Part shown: in pieces, positions 58,652 through 64,000 of the stretch
How the letters are laid out: each line of letters begins with the position of its first letter
Position numbering within the stretch: the first letter of the stretch is position 1
Source: Chloroflexota bacterium
Lineage (GTDB): Bacteria; Chloroflexota; Anaerolineae; Anaerolineales; UBA11579
Length of the DNA stretch: 64,000 nt
Direction: 5' to 3'
NCBI GenBank assembly: GCA_018662365.1
Contig: JABJGH010000031.1
Coordinates: 34,468 to 98,467, forward strand
Made by a program: the position numbers and the translations under genes
Notes under the pieces: model-generated
The model's input: the letters and a program-made list of their open reading frames with translations, nothing else
Databases searched by the model: none
Told to the model about the DNA's origin: nothing

Positions 58652-59149
58652 ATGGATGAACGATTGGAAAGAAAAATTTCAAGATATTTGCTAGAAGAAA
58701 AGCTTACGCTTGCCACTGCTGAGTCCTGTACTGGGGGATTGATCGCTCACCGGATTACCAATATCGACGGATCTTCCAGATATTTTTTGGGCAGTATCGT
58801 AGCCTATGCCAATGATGTAAAAATGAAATCCTTATTTGTGAAACTAAAAACGATTGAAGATCATGGCGCGGTCTCCGCAGAATGTGTCGCTGAAATGGCT
58901 TTGGGGGTTTGCAATGCAATTGGAGCGGATATCGGGGTTTCGGTGAGCGGTATTGCCGGGCCGGGAGGGGGAACCGAGGAAAAACCTGTTGGCTTGGTCT
59001 ATTTTGGCCTTCACACGCCTAAAGGTTCCTGGACTTCTAAGCAAAACTTTGAAGGCAACCGAGAAGAAATTAAGCAAAAAGCCGCAGAATTTGGGCTAAG
59101 CTATTTGTATAAATATTTATCTGGAGAATTCCCTATCATGTCATCTTGA
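58652..59149 (+). CDS. pncC: CinA C-terminal / nicotinamide-nucleotide amidohydrolase
   Basis: LATAESCTGGLI, GSSRYFLG, HGAVS, SGIAGPGGG, KPVGLVY, GNREEIK. Confidence 0.9.
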   Translation: MDERLERKISRYLLEEKLTLATAESCTGGLIAHRITNIDGSSRYFLGSIVAYANDVKMKSLFVKLKTIEDHGAVSAECVAEMALGVCNAIGADIGVSVSGIAGPGGGTEEKPVGLVYFGLHTPKGSWTSKQNFEGNREEIKQKAAEFGLSYLYKYLSGEFPIMSS

Positions 59150-59172
59150 TAGTTTCTTTGCAATCGCTTGCC

Positions 59173-60051
59173 CTACACTTTAGAGAATTTATCCCTTAGG
59201 AAATTCAACGCTTCCAAGTCGATCTCATCTTCTTTTCCCGTCCATCTTTCTTCGAGATTTTCCGTACCAACCAATGAGAGCAGTGCCTTTCTCGTTACAT
59301 CATCAAAACTTCCATTTATTTTCCCGAAATAATTTCCTGTTCGCGTGAGCATCTCCTGGAGTTCAGCTGCAACCTCAGACAAAGGTACAGTATTTCCTTC
59401 GATCATTTTGCCAAAAAATAAATGGTGGATCGCTAATATTCGTTTTAATTCCTTAATCGGCATGGGGTGGTCATCCACCCTTAGGTCTAAATATCGATCG
59501 TTATTCCCGCCATATCCACCACCTTCTCTGACAACTAATACTGCGGCAGATTGTCTTCCTCGGGAATCCCCACCGGCTTCTTGTCCCGCTAAGAGGGATT
59601 CTACAAGCCAATCTGCCAATTCGCCTTCACCTTCTCGAGCTTCTTCAAAACGGGTCGCCATCGCCTCAATTGTCCCAGGAACTAAGATGTTCCCCTGACA
59701 GGCATAGCCTTCTCCAATGAGATGTCCCGCCCAATCTGAACAACCTGCCCCAGTGTAAGCGAAGGCTTGACCATTTTTGTCAATCATCCCCACTTGCCGC
59801 TGGTCTCTGCCATCATCAGCTGCGGTTAAGAATTCAATCGTTTCTTTTGCCGCACTGCCCTCATCCATCATTTTTAATCCATCAGGACCATACATCAAAT
59901 TTGCATAAGATTGGGTGGCTACTGCCCCGATCCCCGCCTTCGCTGCAGGAACAACTGCACCAACCCCTAAAAATTTGGATTGAACCGCCACACCCCATTC
60001 TTGGTTCTTTGGGTCATAGGCAACGATAGAAAAAGTAGCAATTACTTTCAT
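59173..60051 (-). CDS. DUF1028-family (Ntn-hydrolase-like) protein
   Basis: TFSIVAYD, GVAVQSKF, VATQS, RQVG, QGNIL, AGGDSRGRQSAA, DLRVDDH. Confidence 0.88.
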   Translation of the reverse strand: MKVIATFSIVAYDPKNQEWGVAVQSKFLGVGAVVPAAKAGIGAVATQSYANLMYGPDGLKMMDEGSAAKETIEFLTAADDGRDQRQVGMIDKNGQAFAYTGAGCSDWAGHLIGEGYACQGNILVPGTIEAMATRFEEAREGEGELADWLVESLLAGQEAGGDSRGRQSAAVLVVREGGGYGGNNDRYLDLRVDDHPMPIKELKRILAIHHLFFGKMIEGNTVPLSEVAAELQEMLTRTGNYFGKINGSFDDVTRKALLSLVGTENLEERWTGKEDEIDLEALNFLRDKFSKV

Positions 60052-60148
60052 TAGATTCTCCACTTTAAATGTTTATTTTCCCCTTCAATCTTAACATAAA
60101 AGAAGACACGAATAAATATGTTTTGGGACGTTTCGTATTTTATTTTTT

Positions 60149-61018
60149 CTACAATTGTCCAAAAGTGCCAGATTGAAGATCGAGAAATGTCTGGCGAATT
60201 TCTGCTTCGGTGTTCATCACAAAGGGTCCGTAAGGAACGATATCTTCCTTAATTTGTGCCCCTGCGATCAGCATAAAACGCACCGAATGATCTTTCCCCG
60301 TTTGGACGAAAATACTATCCCCGTCTTCATAGATCACCATATTTATTGCAGGCACATTTTGACCCCCATCCCCATCAACGATCCCAAATTTGCCTTCCCC
60401 TTCAAAAACATAGGCCACGGCGTTATGTCCTTGAGGAATCGGAACAGAAAACTCCTTTTCTGGAGAAACGGAAATATCCATATACAAAGGCTTTGCAGCA
60501 ATTTCGGTTACGGGCCCCTGCACCCCCGAATATTCTCCTGCAATGATCTTTACCTTGACACCATCATCCTCTACAGTGGGAATATTTTCAGAAAGAACTC
60601 CCTGATACCTAGGATCTGTCATTTTTTGAGCGGCGGGTAAATTGACCCAGAGTTGAAATCCATCGATGATCCCACTGGGTCCCCGTTTGGGCATTTCCTC
60701 ATGCATGATGCCCCGCCCACTGGTCATCCATTGAATATCCCCTGGTCCGATCACATCGGAATTTCCTAAACTATCTCGATGGCGCACATTCCCTTCGATC
60801 ATATAGGTGACGGTCTCGATACCCCGATGGGGATGGTTGGGAAATCCGGTCGGTGGACCTTCAGTGGGTTTATCAAAAGCAAAATGGTCAAATAATAAAA
60901 ATGGATCAAAAAGGTTTTCTCGGCTGGGTCCGAAAGAACGTCTCAGTAAAACCCCAGCCCCTTCAATTGCATATTGTGGATCGATGATCTCTTTAATTTT
61001 TCTTGAATTATTAGCCAT
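60149..61018 (-). CDS. Pirin-family protein
   Basis: DPFLLFDH, HPHRGIETVTY, HRDSLG, QWMTSGRGIMHEE, QLWVNLP, YGPFVMNT. Confidence 0.95.
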   Translation of the reverse strand: MANNSRKIKEIIDPQYAIEGAGVLLRRSFGPSRENLFDPFLLFDHFAFDKPTEGPPTGFPNHPHRGIETVTYMIEGNVRHRDSLGNSDVIGPGDIQWMTSGRGIMHEEMPKRGPSGIIDGFQLWVNLPAAQKMTDPRYQGVLSENIPTVEDDGVKVKIIAGEYSGVQGPVTEIAAKPLYMDISVSPEKEFSVPIPQGHNAVAYVFEGEGKFGIVDGDGGQNVPAINMVIYEDGDSIFVQTGKDHSVRFMLIAGAQIKEDIVPYGPFVMNTEAEIRQTFLDLQSGTFGQL

Positions 61019-61106
61019 TTTATATTCTCCTAATCTATGGACTTCTAATTATAGCCAATTATTACCAAATTAGGAAAATATACCAAATTATCTGCTCAGA
61101 TGGGTT

Positions 61107-61163
61107 AAATAAAAGAACGCTCGGGGATTTGGAATATTGTGATCAAGATGAACCCGAGCGTTC
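61107..61163 (-). terminator. Intrinsic terminator after metG
   Basis: GAACGCTCGGG/CCCGAGCGTTC 11-bp stem with long loop, followed by TTTTATTT on the minus strand. Confidence 0.6.
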
Positions 61164-61216
61164 GTAGATATTATAACTATAGATTTATAGTATTGAAAAT
61201 AAATTTCCCATAAAAA

Positions 61217-63010
61217 TTATTTCATTCGCTCCCGCTCACTTTCAGCGATCTCAGGGTCATATTTCGTGAAAAGGGGACTTGGTTTTTGGAATGCTTTTCC
61301 GGGTTCCAAAGTTCCTGGTGACCAATCTCCGCCAGTTTCTGTTGATCGATATCGAAGCGCAGTGTGTTCCCCCAATCCATCTTTAAGGGTTTCAGTGAAT
61401 TGTTCACCAAATAGCGTGTCAGTATATCCAAGATATTGATGGAGTTTTTCGCTCGAAAAGGGTACGAAGGGTGCGAAAATAATCTTTAAGTGGTCAATAC
61501 ACTGCATTGCCGTATAAATGATCGTGGCTGCTGCTTCTTTATCTGTTTTCACCTTTCCCCAGGGTGCAGAATCTTCCAGATATTTGTTCACTTCTGAAGA
61601 AACCACTAAGGCTTCTTTCAGGGCGGCGCGCAATTTTACCTGGTCCAAGAGGTCGCCAACTTGATCAAAACCTTTTTCTACTTTGGCTAAGATTTCTTTT
61701 TCTTCTGGTCCGAGCTCACCGGGGGTAGGGATGATCCCTTCCCAATGTTTGTGGGCGAAGGAAAGTACCCGGTTAGCTAAATTCCCCCAATTGGCGATCA
61801 GGGAACTATTATTACGGGTCACAAATTCGTCCCAATCCCAGTTGCTGTCTCGCGTTTCAGGCATATTAATAGTTAAGTAGAACCGCAGGGCATCTGGTTC
61901 GTATCGGCTAAGAAAATCTAATCCCCATACACCCCAATTGGCACTGCCAGAGATCTTTTTGTCTTCCATGTTCATAAATTCATTGGCGGGCACATCATAG
62001 GGTAAGGTCAAATTTTTATCTTCGGTCTCATCAAATATCTTGCCAAACCAAGTACCTGCGCCTTTAAGTTGAGCGGGCCACATAATAGCGTGGAAGGGGA
62101 TATTGTCCTTCCCAATAAAATAATAGGCCTTCGCATCCGGGTTGTACCACCAGTTATGCCAATCTTCCTTGTCTTCGGTCAGGGAGGCCCATTCTATCGC
62201 TGCGGAGAGGTAACCAATCACTGCCTCAAACCATACGTAGAGTGCTTTTCCATCCCATCCTTCCACTGGCACGGGCACTCCCCAGTCAAGATCTCGAGTA
62301 ATCGGTCGGCCATGGAGTGGGTTGGCACGGATAGACCCCAGAGATTGTTTTCGGACGTTGGCACGCATATATTCTTCTCTGGCTTCCAGAAATTCAATGA
62401 TCCCTGGTTCAAGCTTGCCGAGGTCTAAAAAGAAATGCTCGGTTTCTTTAAGTATAGGCGTACTGCCATCATTCTTTGATCGAGGGTCGATCAATTCATT
62501 TGCTTCCAAAAGACTTCCACAATTATCACATTGGTCTCCCCGCGCATGTTCAAAGCCACATATATAACAAGTGCCTTCTACATATCGATCGGGAAGGAAA
62601 CGTTTTTCTGATGGCGAATACCATTGATTTTGAACTTCTGTATAAAGATATCCAGCTTCTTTTAATGCGAGAAAAATGGACTGAGAGACCTTCTCATGGT
62701 TTTCTGTATGCGTGGTTGTAAAGAGGTCGTAATTCAACCCTAATTGTTGAAATAGGTCTAGAAACCCTTCGTGATATTGTTTGTATAATTTTTCCGGAGT
62801 AACCCCTTCGGCATCAGAGCGAACAGTGATCGGGGTACCATGTGCGTCCGAACCAGAGACCATTAATACCCTATTGCCTTTTAGTCTGTGATAACGCGCG
62901 AAAATATCTGCAGGCAAATAAGAGCCAGTGAGGTTTCCCACATGGATCTCCGCGCTGGAATATGGCCATGCCACAGCCACAAGAATATGTTCAGGATTTT
63001 TTTCTGTCAT
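61217..63010 (-). CDS. metG: Methionyl-tRNA synthetase
   Basis: AWPYSSAEIHVGN, SGSDAHG, Zn knuckle CYIC...CDNC, YVWFEA, GKDNIPFH, KISGS. The ATG at 63010 follows GGAG. Confidence 0.96.
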   Translation of the reverse strand: MTEKNPEHILVAVAWPYSSAEIHVGNLTGSYLPADIFARYHRLKGNRVLMVSGSDAHGTPITVRSDAEGVTPEKLYKQYHEGFLDLFQQLGLNYDLFTTTHTENHEKVSQSIFLALKEAGYLYTEVQNQWYSPSEKRFLPDRYVEGTCYICGFEHARGDQCDNCGSLLEANELIDPRSKNDGSTPILKETEHFFLDLGKLEPGIIEFLEAREEYMRANVRKQSLGSIRANPLHGRPITRDLDWGVPVPVEGWDGKALYVWFEAVIGYLSAAIEWASLTEDKEDWHNWWYNPDAKAYYFIGKDNIPFHAIMWPAQLKGAGTWFGKIFDETEDKNLTLPYDVPANEFMNMEDKKISGSANWGVWGLDFLSRYEPDALRFYLTINMPETRDSNWDWDEFVTRNNSSLIANWGNLANRVLSFAHKHWEGIIPTPGELGPEEKEILAKVEKGFDQVGDLLDQVKLRAALKEALVVSSEVNKYLEDSAPWGKVKTDKEAAATIIYTAMQCIDHLKIIFAPFVPFSSEKLHQYLGYTDTLFGEQFTETLKDGLGEHTALRYRSTETGGDWSPGTLEPGKAFQKPSPLFTKYDPEIAESERERMK

Positions 63011-63100
63011 GCTGTTGTTCTCCAATAATTTTGATCCAAAGCTAATTGTAGTTCTGTTTACAGGTGGCGTAAAGCATAAAATGAGAGAACTTCTTTAAAC

Positions 63101-63130
63101 AAAGAAAAAGCTACCTGTCAGGCAGCTTTT
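63101..63130. terminator. Bidirectional terminator-like hairpin upstream of metG
   Basis: AAAAGCTACCT-GTC-AGGCAGCTTTT with A/T tracts on both sides. Confidence 0.5.
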
Positions 63131-63202
63131 AGTCAATTCAAAAGGAATTATTTAAGGGCTCATCCTTTGAATTTGGCTACTTGTGTAGGCAAATGAAGAG
63201 TA

Positions 63203-63216
63203 TTGATGCACATCAA
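63203..63216. promoter_or_regulatory. Perfect FNR/DNR consensus box
   Basis: TTGAT-GCAC-ATCAA in the metG/nfuA divergent intergenic region. Confidence 0.55.
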
Positions 63217-63370
63217 CGGGGTTAAGGAAATAATGTATTCAACATAAATTAGTGTCTGGATCATAGAATTTAGTTTACAAGTTGGGGGAGGGGAGAGGGC
63301 AAAAAGAGTGTGGAAATCTTTTAAAATTCTTACATAAGTTTAGGAAGGCAAAGGGTATACTATTGGAGAT

Positions 63371-64000
63371 ATGAAAAATCAAGAAGAAAAATACATAGAA
63401 ATTTCAAAATCTGCGGTTGATAAGATTGCTGAGTTGATGGAAGGGCGAAAAAGAGGCCCTATGGCTATTCGGGTGGTGCTTCACGGTCGCATTCCAGGGG
63501 GGGGATATCAAAGTGAGTTTAAATTGGTTGCCCTTGACGACAAACAGGATGATGATATCTCCCAAGATACAGGTACTTTTCCAGTTTATTTAGATCCTGC
63601 CTCAGCCGAAAGCATCAAAGGGGCCAAAGTCGATTTTGATGAGAATCGTTATTCCGCTGGTTTTCATATCGAGTATCCTGAACAGATCTTTGACCATTCC
63701 GCTCCTACACGAAAAGATTGGGAAGATCCCACCGCCATCGCGGTCCAAGAAGCGATTGACAAGGAAGTAAATCCATCTTTGGCAGGTCATGGGGGCTGGG
63801 TGGCATTATTAGAAGTGAAAGAAGATTCCGCCTTTATTGAAATGGGGGGAGGATGCCAAGGTTGTGGCCTCTCAGAAGCTACCTTGAAGCAGGGTATCGA
63901 GCAGATCATCCAAAGAAAGGTGCCAGAAATCCAAAAAGTATTAGACGTCACCGACCACGCCGAGGGGAAAAACCCCTATTATTCGGGGGAATGGCAGGGT
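63371..64000 (+). CDS. nfuA: Fe-S biogenesis protein NfuA-like, 3'-partial
   Basis: Own translation from the ATG at 63371 (RBS GGAG): A-type-like N-domain, then INP-like VNPSLAGHGG, MGGGCQGC, VLDVTDH. Runs off the window. Confidence 0.88.
   Translation, partial: MKNQEEKYIEISKSAVDKIAELMEGRKRGPMAIRVVLHGRIPGGGYQSEFKLVALDDKQDDDISQDTGTFPVYLDPASAESIKGAKVDFDENRYSAGFHIEYPEQIFDHSAPTRKDWEDPTAIAVQEAIDKEVNPSLAGHGGWVALLEVKEDSAFIEMGGGCQGCGLSEATLKQGIEQIIQRKVPEIQKVLDVTDHAEGKNPYYSGEWQG

Noticed and set aside
63160-63264. 34-aa leader peptide ORF on the minus strand before metG
   Set aside because: No RBS and no Met-codon enrichment; likely spurious.
63026-63300. T-box or SAM riboswitch upstream of metG
   Set aside because: No GGTGGNACCGCG T-box motif or SAM-I core found on the minus strand.
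425-63790. Numerous 60-170 aa ORFs overlapping assigned genes on the opposite strand or in other frames
   Set aside because: Shadow ORFs without RBS or recognisable motifs, fully explained by the coding genes they overlap.

Overview
Bacterial window of moderate GC whose gene content resembles Chloroflexota (Anaerolineae-like); this is inferred from gene families only. 1-5.8 kb: a partial multiheme cytochrome, and a minus-strand run encoding a Crp/Fnr regulator, an unassigned 12-TM His-rich protein with heme-copper-oxidase-like 3x4 helix symmetry, an FGE-fold lipoprotein and heme O synthase. 6.5-26 kb: one co-oriented run of narXL, a pseudo-receiver, narC-narGHJI-narK1-narK2, an FmdE-family gene, an Fe-S flavoprotein, split cytochrome b, Rieske protein and triheme cytochrome c, closed by a strong terminator. 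26-31 kb: corrinoid/methyl-THF module (AcsE-like, DUF1638, RACo, metV, metF). 31-35 kb: ArsR/SRPBCC array. 35-38 kb: FAD/Fe-S oxidoreductase. 39.1-56.6 kb: decayed integration hotspot downstream of tRNA-Arg(TCG), with three tRNA 3' fragments, a c-di-GMP cassette, an integrase remnant, a GC-richer TetR-associated menaquinone cluster, a broken IS3 element and a divergent thymidylate-synthase-fold gene. 56.7-64 kb: housekeeping genes (ctaA, S1 protein, pncC, DUF1028, pirin, metG, partial nfuA). Best candidates for an undescribed system: the HCO-fold protein/FGE/CtaB module, and the flavoprotein-Rieske/cytochrome b module attached to a NarC-type nitrate reductase. All family calls come from motif recognition; no database search was run.
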